This document shows, piece by piece, positions 40,055-52,985 of a stretch of DNA of 64,000 bases. Numbering within the stretch: the stretch's first letter is position 1; each line of letters begins with the position of its first letter. The notes under the pieces were generated by a model, which had not been told where the DNA came from, did not search any database, and saw nothing but the letters and a program-made list of their open reading frames with translations. Origin of the DNA: Squalus acanthias. Taxonomy: Eukaryota. The stretch lies in assembly GCA_030390025.1 (NCBI GenBank), contig CM059431.1, positions 114,454,001 through 114,518,000 on the forward strand, read 5' to 3'. Both the position numbers and the translations under genes were made by a program.

Positions 40055-40472
40055 TTCTCTTGAAAAGAGAAGGCTGAGGGGTGACCTAATAGAGGTCTTA
40101 AAATTATGAAAGGTTTTGATAGAGTAGATACAGAGAGAGTGTTTCCACTTGTGAGGAAGAGCAAAACTAGAGGCCATCACTATAAGATAGTCACCAAGAA
40201 ATCAAATAGGGAATTCAGAAGAAACTTCTTTACCCAAAGAGTGGTGAGAATGTGGAACTCACTACCACAACAGGGAGTGGTTGAAGCGAATAGTGTAGAT
40301 GCATTTAAGCAGAGGCTAGATAAGCATATGAGGGAGAAGGGAATAGAGGGTTATGCTAATAGAGTTAGATGAGGAATGACAGGAAGAGGCTCGAGTGGAG
40401 CATTACGCTGGCATGGACTGGTTGGGCCGAATGGCATGTTTCTGTGCCGTATATCCTATGTAACCCTATGTA
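40055..40472 (+). mobile_element. CR1 LINE 3' fragment
   Basis: MKGFDRVD…RRNFFTQRVVRMWNSLP; (CCTATGTAA)2 tail. Confidence 0.9.
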
Positions 40473-41318
40473 ATATGTACATCGTTCCAAAATAGTTTTT
40501 AAAAACAAAATAATTTCTTATGTTAACTTTGTTATCCATAAAACAGACAATTTTCCATTATGAAAATTCAAACTTGCTCATTGAAATAAAGCTAAATTCA
40601 TCCGTCTGGAAGAGATGTGAAAAGTCACCTAACGTGACTTCATCCCCCGCTCACTCACACACACAGGACAACTCAATTCTCAGTGACATCAAGCCACACA
40701 TGCCCATTCATAATTTATTACTCTGGCCGAGGAATAGGTTGGTTCATCAGTAGGATAAATCGGTCTTCATTTGCTGATGCGGACCTCTGCAATTTCTGTT
40801 CAGGTTACGAGGCCTGCTAATTGAGTTCAAATTAGGCCACAGCACGAAAGATTATGCACCAAGGGAGAAGAGGAATGTGGAGAGCCTGCAGTATAGCCAT
40901 AGATTTCAGATTGTAGGGGAATCTCGGGCTGGCAGACAAGACCCTTACTCTGCTGAAAGTTCAGGCTCAAATCATTACATGATCAACAGTTATTGGATCA
41001 GAGAGATAGCTATGACCAACCTCAGACTGGTCTGATGGATGATCATTGATGCAATTTATCCAGCTCTGTAATCAGCAGGGGAAAGGGCAATATCACTGTA
41101 GTGCTACACCTTGTATCAATGAGGCAATAGAAATAACTGTGGCCGCATCCGCACAGGGAATCAAATCAGGGCAGCAGTCAGCTCAATCTCTTTGCACTTT
41201 GTGACTGTGCTAATGTGGTGCTAACAGCACAGTTTTTACTCAAGGACAAAGTTGCTATTTTATTTTTAAAATGTAGGAAACGCTGCCAATGCTCAATAGT
41301 TTAACATCGAAAGGTTTT

Positions 41319-41495
41319 TGGGGTCAAATCTAACCCCACCCGCCTATCGGGAAACTGACAGGATGGGGTGCAACGTTGGGTATTACACCCCTCCCGATTT
41401 TGCTCTCCACTGAAATCAGTAGAGACAATATTGGGCGGGGTGTAAAACCGACGTTCCATCCGATCCCATGGGTTTCCCGCCCGGCGAGTTCGTTT
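41319..41495. mobile_element. Palindromic MITE, degenerate
   Basis: GGGGTCAAAT start; inverted matches GGGAAAC…GTTTCCC and TTACACCCC…GGGGTGTAA. Confidence 0.6.
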
Positions 41496-41981
41496 TAAGT
41501 TAACATTTTGGGTGGCACCTTCATTAGCGGTGTCATTTTATATATTTTAGCAGCATGCCCTTAAAGGGCCAGAATTGTCTTTAACATTGGCCTCGGCGAG
41601 ATGTTTACGCTGCCATTTCCTGCTGTGTGCACCCAGCCGCAGTGTCAACCTACCCGCTGGCCAGAGTAATGAATTGTGACTGGGTCTGTGTGGGTTGATG
41701 TCACTGAGAATTGAGATGCTCTGTGCGTGGAGGGGATTTAAGTCACATTAGGTGAAATGGAACAACTGGTTTAGAAGATGAATTTATCTTTATTACAACA
41801 AATAAGTTTGCATTTTTTTTAATCTTTGTACAGCAACAGCTTAAACAAATATTTAAAAAAATGCTTATCCATCTAAAATATTTTTAGCACTTTTTCTCTC
41901 CACCTTTCGCTCTCTCACTATGTTTTTCTTTTCCTCATTGGACAAATATATAAAAATATAATAATTAAAATATTTTATTAA

Positions 41982-42065
41982 ATCATAGAGTCATAGGATG
42001 ATACAGCACAGAGGAAGGCCATTTGGCCCATTTTGCCTGTGCTGACACTTTGAAAGAGCTATCCA
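41982..42065 (-). mobile_element. Short CR1 3' tail
   Basis: ATCATAGAGTCATAG…CAGCACAGAGGAAGGCCATTTGGCCC…TTTGAAAGAGCTATCCAA. Confidence 0.75.
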
Positions 42066-42172
42066 AAATGAGTACATGTTGCAGCTATTTAAGAAACCAC
42101 TCGCTGTGGATACTGAGCCCATTGAGAATTTTTGCATGCCCCATTTAAATGTTCAGTTTCTTAAAAGCTTAA

Positions 42173-42865
42173 GGCGGAAAATTTGGGTTGTTTTGCACCT
42201 CCTGTTAGCCCCCCCGGGGGGCGCTAATGGGGCGCAAAGCCCCTAGCGCCCGGGCGCGGTGCCGCTAACGCCTCCCACAGAATTCAGCGGGAGGTTACGG
42301 CGGCGGTAGCCGGTAGCGCCCAGTGGCGCTGCGCTGTCGGCGATGACATCATCGCCGTGCGCAGCGCCCCAGCCGCAAACCTCCCTTGCGCCCCCTGACC
42401 TATCCCCGGACGATATGTCTGACTGGTTCAGGGGGGCGTTTTGGCAGCAGCGGCGGCGCAAATTAAAGGGCAGGTGCCGGGCGGCCATTTTTCTTTTGGC
42501 CGACTGCCAGCACCTGCTCCTTCTTACCTCTGTGCGCAGGGTGCCGGCCGCGACCGCTCAGCCCGGCACTCAAGAGGAGTGCCGGGCTGTTTTCCTGGCA
42601 TCCCGCTCCCCGGTGGTCCAGCAGGGCCCCAGTGCGCACAGCGTTAGGCCCCTCCCCTGCCCCTGCCCCTGTTGCACGTAGCGCCGTGAAATTCACTGGT
42701 AGCACACCAAGAGGGAGGGGGAGCGCTTTCCGGTAGCGCCCCGCCTCCTGCTTGGGGCGCGACTACTGAATTTACGGCGCAGGGGCGCTAACTTTTTCGG
42801 AGCGCTAAAATTAGCGCCCCGGCGATGTTAGCGCCCCAAAGGGGGCGCCACTGAAGTTTTCCCCC
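42173..42865. mobile_element. CpG-rich Harbinger-type MITE
   Basis: TIRs GGCGGAAAATTT / AAGTTTTCCCCC with exact TAA TSD; many AGCGCC / GGCGCT subterminal motifs. Confidence 0.88.
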
Positions 42866-42971
42866 TAAGGTTCCTCCAATTGTTACTAGACTTGTTGAGG
42901 GTGGCACCCTCACTAGGGTAACCAGAGCATTACTTCTGTCAAATCACTCCCCTGTTGCACTGACACTGCCC

Positions 42972-43146
42972 AGTTCCTGAAGTGAAGGTCCGGCACAGGC
43001 AGTTGTAAAGCACATGTAAAATTGCCAGGACTCACTAAGCCCAGCCACCTGGAAGACCTGTTAAAAATGGGTCTTCCCAGCAATCAGTCTTTGTGAGTCC
43101 AGGCTAGTTTTACATTTGGTTTGCGTGAGACTCCTGCTTCAGGAAC
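42972..43146. repeat. Imperfect palindrome (probable old MITE)
   Basis: GTTCCTGAAG…GGACTCAC…GGAAGACC / GGTCTTCC…GTGAGTCC…CTTCAGGAAC. Confidence 0.6.
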
Positions 43147-43775
43147 CCATCGCCACTAGAATGGGTCTCGTACCATATAAAAACACCTTGCAGCACATAA
43201 CACATAATACTGTTCAAAGTAGGCACACATATCCTTTAAGTACCCAAATAGATAGGAAAGCACTAACAGTAGGTTTGGATTAGGAAGTACAGTCCCCACT
43301 GCGTATACACCGTGGACACTTCGTGAAAAATTAGCCAGAGTTCCTATTCTTCAATGTTATCCAGTGATTCCTGCTGTCTGCCTGTGTGAATGCTATAGAT
43401 AGACTCAACTGGGTAGCCTCAAGTTTGATGCCTCCTTGTAGCTGAATAATATGCTAACACTAATTAACCTTTAACCAAAAAAGGGATTCCAATGGTTTTT
43501 GTTTTAGTTGAAAATGTACTAATTAAAACCAAGAATTAGTCATCTGCAACTCTGCCTGAGTTGTGCCTACAGAGCATTATGCCTGATTCTAAGCTATTGC
43601 AAGTGCCAGTTGTTTTCTATTGGTGTTATTTTATAAGAGTGTAACCTATGAATTGATGTCCATAGTTCTGTCTCAGTTGGACTGTCAAAAAGGGTGGAAC
43701 AAATCGTGGCAGACCAACCTCCTTGTCCAGGTCCCCCTGGGCATATGTTGTTAAAACTGATTCCCTTTTTCCGTT

Positions 43776-44060
43776 AAAAACAGAAAATGCTGGAAATACT
43801 CAGCAGGTCAGGCAGCATCTGTGGAGAGAGAAACGAATTATCGTTTCAGGTCGATGACCTTTCATCAGAACTGGAAGATGTTAGAGATTAACAGCTTTTG
43901 AGCAAATGCAGAGTGAGGGAAGAGGGTGCGGGTAAAGAACAAGAGGGAAAGGTCTGCGATAGGGTGGTGGGCAGGAGTGATTAAATGACAAAAGTGATGA
44001 TGGTGCAAGGCAAAATGAGGTGATAATGAGACAAGTATAGAAACAAAATGGCTAAAGCGG
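43776..44060 (-). mobile_element. Penelope-like element 3' fragment with hammerhead-like motif
   Basis: Same family as 35166 and 54441; on -: GTT-CTGATGA-A-AGGTC-ATC-GACCT-GAAA-CG at about 43841-43871. Confidence 0.7.
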
Positions 44061-44789
44061 ATTAGCAGAGGAGGAGGAGGAAAGCAGGGAAAATCTGACA
44101 AACAGAAGGCTTCCGCGGCCCAGGAATGTGACGGAAGAAAGGCAGGTGGACCCCAGGGGTGCGGACCACCCCACCAGCCGTGTAACGATAGGGGATCCCC
44201 ACCCCAAGTACCAGCCCACACCTCCTCCACATCAAGATAAAAAAGCTAGTTTTGGCTATATAAATACAAGGAACTGGTGCATCGATGTCACTCTCTTGCA
44301 AACTACAAAATGTAAAAGCACCTATTAACTACCACGTAGCATGTCAAGGGTTACTTCTATTGAAGTCTGCAGCTTTTCAGTCCATGCACACTTAAGTAAC
44401 AGATTAACAGCTTCAATTCTCGCCTTTGCAAAGGCTATCTGTTAGCTGCTTATCTAAACAGGTCAGTTTAATGCCTCATTATTCACTGTCTACCAAAACC
44501 AGGTCAATAGAAATGGAATACTAAAGTTCTTTTAATAATGCATTTATATTGGAGAACTCTTCCTGGCATGATTGCCCAACGCCACCTCCTGATTCTGGCA
44601 CTGTAGACACCATATCACTATTAAGGCACTATTATATTGTGCGAGACACTTTGAAGGGTCCTCCAAGCGGGCCTCTCGTACTACTGGCTGAAAGTCCCAT
44701 TATTTTTACACTTACCTTAAGCCAACTTATGCAAAATGCACACATATGGAGCTCAGTAGCACTAACACAATATAAAAACATCAATATTA

Positions 44790-45263
44790 AGAAAGATATA
44801 GCGCCTTTCATGAACTCAGGACGTCCCAAAGCACTTTACAGCCAATGAAGTACTTTTGAAGTGGAGTCACTGTTGTAACGTAGGAAATGCGGCAAGTCAA
44901 TTTGTGCACAGCAAGCTCCCACAAACAGCAATGAGAGAACGACCAGATAATTTGTGTTAGTCAAGCAAGACAGCCCACTGATGTGACGAAACAGCATGTT
45001 GGTTGATGGATAAATGTTGGCCAAGACACTGGGGAGACCTCCCCTGGTCTTCTTCAAAAAAGTGCCATGGGATATTTTATATTCACTTGAGAGGGCAGTT
45101 GGAGCTTTGATTTCATCCTAAAGACAGCACCTTTGACAGTGCAGCACTCCCTCAGTACTGCACTGGAGTGTCAGCCTGGATTGTGTGCTCAGATCTCTGA
45201 GGTGGGTCTCTGAACCCACACAACCTTCTCAACTCAGAGGTGAGAGTGCTACCCACTGAGCCA
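44790..45263 (-). mobile_element. SacSINE1-like DeuSINE
   Basis: Same head, core and tail as the other copies. Confidence 0.85.
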
Positions 45264-45323
45264 CAATTCTACAGTAGCCAGCACTCTTTTAAACAACTGC
45301 ACTTATGCAAGCTGTACTGGTAC

Positions 45324-45593
45324 TAGGGTTGCCAACCCTTCAGCATTGTGCTGGAGTCTCCAGCAATTAAAAATTAATCTCTTGGACACTGCTGCAAGTA
45401 ACCCGGGAGAAAAACCATAGGGGCATTAAAAAAAAGTGTGTTTTCTTTTCAATTTCTTTTAACGCATTCGTTTATTAGTCATAAAAATATTGGAGATGGG
45501 AAAAATAGCTGTTTGACTGGGCGGGGCGGTTGGAGGCAAGAGGTCATGTGATGAAACCTCCAGGAATATCTCCAACTAAAGTTGGCAACCCAA
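45324..45593. mobile_element. hAT (Blackjack-like TIR) MITE
   Basis: TIRs TAGGGTTGCCAAC / GTTGGCAACCCAA; 8-bp flanks ACTGGTAC / GCAGGTAC (6/8). Confidence 0.8.
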
Positions 45594-46064
45594 GCAGGTA
45601 CTGTTGTTTTTCAAGTTGCTATTCAAGGGAATTTCTCTAACAGTGACACCTTCTCCAATGACGGAGAAAAGAGTGATTGTAAAACTAACACCAGACCAGT
45701 GAACTCCCAGAATTGCCAACACTTACCATGCACTTGCAAGTTCTGCATCGTTTTGGTAAATGTTTGACTTTTGAACATAACGTTCTACATGTTTCAATTT
45801 CCTACATGATGTACAGGCATTTAAAAGAATTCTGCAAATCACGGGATGCACAAGTAAATTGGCAATGCAGCACTTCCATCACTCAGCCCCTCACCACTGC
45901 AAACATGGCTGACTTCAATATCTGATGGCAAGCTTGCCCTGTTATGGTGCTATTGGATGGACATTGGGGAAATTCATAAAATATTTCATGTGTCTGAAAA
46001 CTCATAGAAACCCTTCAGTTGTCGGAAGTAGCAGATTATTCTTGCTCTATTCATATTGACTAGG

Positions 46065-46580
46065 CCTCCATAAAATTGAGCTCATCCAAAGCTATACTGC
46101 TTGTATCCTATTTTTCTAGGTTTCTATCCCACACCAGGTCCCACTTACTCATCGCCCCTGTCCTTGCTGAACAACATTGACTCCCAGTCCCCCAGCGCCT
46201 CTAATTTAAAATTCTCGTCCTCCTGTTTAAATCCATTCATGGTCTCATCCACCCTGCTTTCTGTTATCTCCTCCAGCCCTACATCCCCCCCTCCAAAAAA
46301 ACGTTGCATTCCTCCGACTCTGGCCTCCCCTCTCTTTGCCCCACCGTTGCCGGCCAGGCCTTCAGCTGTCTAGGCTTTACGCTCCCTAAACCTTTCTGCA
46401 TCCCTTTCCTCTTTTAAGACCTTCCTTAAAACCAACCTCTTTGGCCAAGAATTTGGTCAACGTTCCTAATATCTCCTTCTCTGGCTCGGTGTCCATATTT
46501 GTCCGATTACACTTCTGTGAAGTGCCTGGGGACATTCTTCTACGTTACAGACGCTATATAAATGCAAGCTGTTGTTGTTC
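46065..46580 (+). mobile_element. L2-clade LINE 3' fragment
   Basis: Colinear with 56750-57090 and 57570-57735; ends CGCTATATAAATGCAAGCTG(TTG)n. Confidence 0.8.
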
Positions 46581-46610
46581 TACTGTTCAGTTTAACACTT
46601 TAAGGTACCT

Positions 46611-47352
46611 GGGGGGGGGGGGAAATTGGCTCACGCCCCCTTTGGGGTGATAACTTCGCCAGGGCACTACTTTTAGTGCCCTGAAAAAGTTAGCACCCCC
46701 GCGTCCGAAATTCAATGGTAGCGCCCCAAGCAGGAGGCGGGGCGCTACTGGAAACGCTCCCCTCTCTCTTGGGGCGCTCCCATTGAATATCGCGGCGCTA
46801 CGTGCAGCAGCCCCACATGCGTCGGCACGTCGCGCCGCGGTACAGCAGGCCTCCCTCCCCTGATTAAAGGGGAGGGGCCTAGCGCAGCACGCAGCGTGCA
46901 CCGGGGCCCTGCTGGACCACCAGGGAGCGGGGTGCCGGCAAAAAATCCCAGCACTCAAGAGGACTGCCGTGCTGCCTGATCACGGCCGGCACCCCGCAGG
47001 AGGAGGCGAGAGGGGGCAGGTGCTGGCAGGCGGCCCCAAAAAAAATGGCCTGCCCTTTAATTATCGCCACCCCGGCCACATAAACGCCACCCTGACCCTG
47101 TCGGACATAGCGTCCGGCGGTAGGTCAGGGGGCACGAGCCATGTTTGTGGCCAGGACGCGAGCGGGGCGCTGTGCACAGCGATGATGTCATCGCCGGAGG
47201 CGCAGCGCCGCAGGGCGCTACCGGTTACCGCTGCCGCTAACCTCCCGCTGAATTTCGCGGGAGGACGTCAGCGGCGGCACGCCCGGGCACTAGTTGCTTT
47301 GTGCCCCCTCGGGGTGCTAAAGGGGGACACAAAGCAACCAAATTTTTCCCCC
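46611..47352. mobile_element. CpG-rich MITE, inverted copy of the 42173-42865 family
   Basis: Reverse-complement similarity throughout (CCAAGCAGGAGGCGGGGCGCTAC; GGGCCCTGCTGGACCACC); ends poly-G…AATTTTTCCCCC. Confidence 0.85.
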
Positions 47353-47728
47353 TCGCTTTAAACATTTCTTCCATGCAGCTCAATTAACTAGCCCCTAATT
47401 GCACTTTTTTCCTTCTGTCCTTCCCGCCTCCATTTTAATCCACTGCCTCTGCCATTGTCCTCTGTAACTAGTCACTAGGAGGTACAGGGTTAATACTTCA
47501 ATGTTCCTGTGGGAATGTAATTCTTCTGGTAGTTCAGCGAAGATTAGGCAGCAGCTGCATGGGATGTTTTGAGCACAAATCGCCATCCTTTTAATCTGTA
47601 GCATAACATGCGATGCTACCAGACCACTTAGGATTGATTCTGTTTACATCAGTAAACCAAAGTTTCCCATGTTACTACATCTTGTTTAACAATCCACTTG
47701 CAACATAAATTTGATGGATAAAAATACT

Positions 47729-49546
47729 GGGGGAAAAACTGGTGATCGCCAGCAAAGCGGTCGGTGTCACTGCCAACTACCGTTAACGGCCGCCCGAAAT
47801 GGCCGCAGCGCTAACCGACCTAAATTGTTGTGGGGGGCATGGAGGTAGGTGGCACAGTGCTAACTTTAGGTGCAATGCCGTCCTGGTTGCCTTGCATGAG
47901 GGATCCGGGACCAATTTGTAGTCCTGGTGCGGCGTTGCTGCTTCCCCGAGCGTCTGTGTGCGAGGCTGTGAAGCTTGCAATGCATTGTGGGCACTGAGGA
48001 GCTCTGAAATTTAAAGGGGCCATGCACATTGAAGCAAGACAAAATAAAATGCAATGAATCAATACATTTTTCAGCCCTTTCTGTCTTTTCACAAATATTC
48101 AATATTTAAAAGATGTTCCAAATATGATTATTCAGCTCTTAAAGCTGAATTGCCTTCCTAAACTGAACAAATGGGAAAACTGCCTCAGTACTAACACAAA
48201 TGGCTCAGCAAGCCAGGGAAGGGGCACCGAGGGTCTCGCACGCAGCACTCCAGCTTTGTGCAGGGGGTCAACACTGCAAGACTAGCCCTCTACCCAGGAG
48301 GCCCTTCAGAAAGAACAATATGGGAGTACATTACCAAGGCCGTCACTGCCAGCAGTGTCGCCCTCCACCACCTAGCTCCAGTGCCCAAAGAAGCTTCATG
48401 ACCTCAGACCACTGGTCAAGGTCAGTGAATGGATCTTCAAAAGCCGTGTCCTACCAACTGCACCACTAGCCTCACACACTGCTCAATGCAGGACCTCCAA
48501 TCACTCACCTACCAACAATCTGCACCAATGACGAGGCACATCTACCATTCCTAGCATCACCTCACCCACTTGGAGGAGACGGTGCAGGCCATTCTTGGCA
48601 GGGGCATGGCTGAGCCCTTGGCCAGTGGCGAGGCTGAAAGGATACAAGATGCGGGTATCCTCATACAATATCCCCCTTCAGGCATGCAATTCTAGGTTTC
48701 CCACCCTCCCGTCAGCACAACTCCAACCTGTGTCTTCCTCATTTCAAATACCCAAGAAATGCAGCCTGCCCAACCAATGGGTCAACAAGAAGAGGCAGCC
48801 TGCCCAGCCAGTGGGGCCGTAAGTGAATGATTCCATCTCGGATATCCTGGCCACAAAGGGGCTGTCTGGGATGCATCCTTCCATCTGATTCCTCCTCTTC
48901 GGCTTCCTCCTCTTCTGTGTCTTGTTCTTCTGCGTCTTGCTCTTCCCTCTGCAAGCGGATGCTGTAAATGTGAAATGACAGCATAAGATGCTGCAAATAC
49001 TCAGTTTGTCAGGCAGCATGTCGACCTGAGATGGGAACTCCACGGATGTAGCGTGACCTGCTGAGTATCCGCAGCATGTTCTGTCTTCTCAAAGGCGTTC
49101 GCTTACCTGAGCCCTTGCAAGTGTCCAGCAGCACTCCCAAAACACTTAAAAAACTTTTCACGTATATTGCCGCAAGCCACCACTTCAATAAAATCCAAGA
49201 AACCAAGGCTGAACCCTTTCATTCAAACTTACCTGATTGATGTGTGTGTCCCTTTAACAGCTGCAGATATTGCCCCCTGTCAGTGTCTGTCAGCCTGCTT
49301 GCATGCCAGGTGAACCTGAATTGAGCGCTAGGGTCGAAGTTCGCGCAGGTGACGTTAAGTTGGCGTACGTCACCACGCCGTCATTTGTTTTTACACGGTG
49401 CTGCCGGTTACCAGCAGCGCAAAGGGGCCCACAAATATGGCGGTCACCGCGGGGACCGCCTCCAGCTGGCGCAAGAGCAGCGGCCGCCAATTTTGCGAGA
49501 ATCACCGGCACCAACAGGTGGCGGGAAGTATATGAATTTCTCGCCC
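47729..49546. mobile_element. Non-autonomous Harbinger derivative (Myb remnant on +, transposase C-terminal remnant on -)
   Basis: Ends GGGGGAAAAACT / AATTTCTCGCCC, no clean TSD; 48200-48420 MAQQAREGAPRVSHAALQ…W…KKLHDL..LVK|GTCAGT; acidic tail EEQDAEEQDTEEEE…RDGII on -. Confidence 0.7.
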
Positions 49547-51056
49547 AGGGTGTTTATCTGGATCATCTCATTTGTTGTATTCTTTCAGTTGAATTGTTTC
49601 CTGTTGATTTAATTTGACATGTCAGATTACCCTGGAAAGAAAGGTGTTGTTGGGTATATACAAGAGTCTTGGGACTTTTGTCAAATTTTTCTAGCAAAAC
49701 AATTAGACTGAGGAAACATTGGTTCACAACACATAAATCAACATGACTTTTTAAGTTTACTATTTTATTTTCTATTTCTCTACAGTATAATTTGCCAATA
49801 CTCGTCCCACACATTAATCAACTAAAGTCAGGACACAGCACAACAACGCTGCAATCATATGAAAAAGATCATTTGCTGACAATCTATGTAAAGAGGTCCA
49901 GTCAGACTCCTGATATAGTGAAATTTTGTCATTGCAAACAAGATTGCTTTCATAAAAAGAGTTCCAGGAAATTATTTATTAATGATATGTGTGTCTGAGA
50001 ACAGTACAAACAACCAGAAGACCATTAGAAATGGATTATAAGGTTCACAGTCTTTTACTCCAGGCCTATTACTTGCATCCAAATATTAGGGACAGCAATT
50101 ATGAAAATGTGTGGTCTCCAGATTTTGAGTTATGATTATTATTACTACGCAGGTCCAGTGTTCTTTCGCATTCACATGTGTTGGTGTGATATAAATTAAA
50201 ACATCTCTCGGGATTGCCGCTCTTGTCATGGGACTCACACTTGAATAATCGCATGAGGACTGTCTGTAGGGAAAATGTTTAATTAGTGAATAAAAGGAAA
50301 TGGAAAAGAAGAGGAAAGCAAAAGGTGATTGTAGTGTCACTACACGATAATGAATTTTGAGAGACAGTGATTTAGGAAAGCAGATTAGCAAGATTCTTTT
50401 ACAGCCTTAAAAGCGAAAATATACTGTGCATCTAATTCTAGAAGAATATATCTTGTGGGTGTTATATTTTGGGAAAATATAAATATCAGTTACATGCTAG
50501 AAATAGTCACACCCAGAATAAATATTATCCCACTGCTAGTCTAAAAAACAAAGCAAGTTAGTCCTGTGTAAATTGTATTTTCCATGTATTGAATTCCAAT
50601 TAGCAGTTAATCCAAAAATGGAACAAAACAACATGTAAGATTTTTGTTTTGTTGCCATACAAGTATTTCCAATATTAGGACAATATAAATTGATGACGTG
50701 ATTTTTCATTACCATGTATAAAATATGATTTATGCCAGAAAAATTGTTTCTAAAAAAAGAAATCTAAAGAGTTACTGCTCGTGCAGCTATTTTGAAGTCA
50801 TGGTTACTGAAAGGGGCATGGACCGTTTGATTGAGATGGAGGAGAGAGGCTGTTGGAACAGCTAATAGCAACCTACAGCGAAGCTCCATCGTGCTGGCAA
50901 CTTTGAGAACACTTATCTATGACATGCTTCCCAATTGAGGTGCTGCCATCATCCTACGCTCAGTGACCACACTATACGCTTTGTGTCAACAAACCTGGAA
51001 AAGCATGGTTTACATTGTCCAGAGGATTCTTCCACAGAAAAGCCAAGGTCAGCATT

Positions 51057-51632
51057 TCATAGAATCATAGAAGCATAGAATGGTTACAGCACAGAAGGAG
51101 GCCATTTGGCTCATTGAGCCCGTGCCGGCTCTCTGCAAGAGCACTTCAGCTAGTCCCACTCCCCCCCCCCACCCCCCCACCCCCCCCCCACCCTTTCCCC
51201 ATAGCCCTGCAAATGTTTTTCCTTCAGGTACTTATCCAATTCCCTTTTGAAAGCCACAATTGAATCTGCCTCCACCACCCTTTCACGACTGCATTCCAGA
51301 TCATAACCACTCGCTGCGCAAATAGTTTTTCCTCATGTCACCTTTGGTTCTTCTGCCAATCACCTTAAATCTGTGTCCTCTGGTTCTCGACCCTTCCGCC
51401 AATGGGAACAGTTTCTCTCTATCTACTCTGTCTAGACCCCTCATGATTTTGAACACCTCTATCAAATCCCCTCTCAATCTTCTCTGCTCTAAGGAGAACA
51501 ACCCCAGCTTCTCAAGTCTATCCACGTAACTGAAGTCCTTCATCCCTGGAACCATTCTTGTAAATCTCCTCTGCACCCTCTCTAAGGCCTTCACATCCTT
51601 CCTAAAGTGCGGTGCCCAGAATTGGACACAAT
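51057..51632 (-). mobile_element. CR1 LINE 3' fragment
   Basis: CVQFWAPHFRKDVKALERVQRRFTRMVPGM…RGDLIEVFKIM; CR1 tail. Confidence 0.93.
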
Positions 51633-52696
51633 TTGACACCTGATCTGCAAGTAGAACAGACTTGTTTGTCAGTTGTTAATATTAGCATTCTAGTTCAGGG
51701 CACATTAAATTAAAAATATTAAAAAGGCAAAACACTGATCCTGGTATCACTTATCCTTGCTCCATTAATCATATTTGAAGACCCATGTGGCCATGCCTAT
51801 CACTCCCAATGTATGTGTTCCCAGTCTCAAGCTGTGCCCTTGAGTGAGGTGCTAAGTGAAGACCAAGCACTTTCACCCTGGGAAAGAGGGAAAGTAGGAG
51901 AGAATCATACAATTAGTTACAGTGTGGTTTCAGGATGGCATTGACAAAGGTCCAGGTTGCCTGCCCACCAATTCAACCAGGGATTGGTGAGTGATCTATA
52001 AAAAACAGGACTTGCATTTTTATAGGACCTTGTCACCTCCTCAGGATGTTAAAAATCACTTCACAATGAATGAATTACTTTTGAAAGGTCCTTTATATGA
52101 AAAGGAAAGAGAAATATAAATATACTTCTATCATTATAGCTTCTATAATATGTACAATTGGTATTTTCACTATTAATTTCAGTGTCCAAAAATAACAAAT
52201 GGGCACAAAATAAACTAGAAAATGCTCTTCACGTGAATAGTGTTCCATAATTTTGAAGGAAAATGCATCGAAGAATCAGGACATCCCTTTGGTGATACGA
52301 GCTGGGAAGTTCCTTAGAAAGTCACCAAAAGTGTGGCGGAAACCCAGTTCATGGCAGCGGAGTAGAAGTAGCTCTGAGGAGATTCCCGGGTGTAGAATTG
52401 CAAGCATTCTTTCACCTGCATTCTGAATCGCACTCATGAATTATGGTTCTTCTGGACTTCTAAATAAACGGCCCTAACTCACTGTCACTTGTGAGATATT
52501 CTCTATCTACACTACTTAATCTTTGCACAGTGCCATAAACAACGTAATAAAGAAGAATGATATGGTATATTGCGCAAACATTAAAATGTACAAAATAAAA
52601 CCAATTCTCAAAGTGTAATTTTCTTTTTGTATCTGTAGTACTCCATTGCACTCTTATAAGAGAAGACTAAAGAATCTTTTACTGACCCACTTACAC

Positions 52697-52985
52697 CAAC
52701 AACTTACATTTATATAACAAAGTAAAACGTCCCAAGGCGCTTAACAAGAGCGATATTAATTTAAAAACCATTTTTGACACTGAGCCACAGAAATAGATAT
52801 CAGGACAGATGACCGAAAGCTTGATCAAAGAGGTAGGTTTTAAGGATCATCTTAAAAAAGGAGAGAGAAGTAGAGAGGCGGAGAGGTTTAGGGAGGGAAT
52901 TCTAGAGCTTAGGGCCAAGGCAGCTGAAAGCACAACCACCAATGGTGGAGCGATTAAAATCGGGGATGCGCAAGAGGCCAGATGT
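52697..52985 (-). mobile_element. L2-clade LINE 3' fragment
   Basis: Reverse complement of the L2 end (CAACAACTTACATTTATATA…AAAGAGGTAGGTTTTAAGGA). Confidence 0.75.

Noticed and set aside
42243..42705. GC-rich ORFs or a host CpG-island promoter (also 46587-47361)
   Set aside because: Contained within a MITE with TIRs and TSD; open frames reflect high GC.
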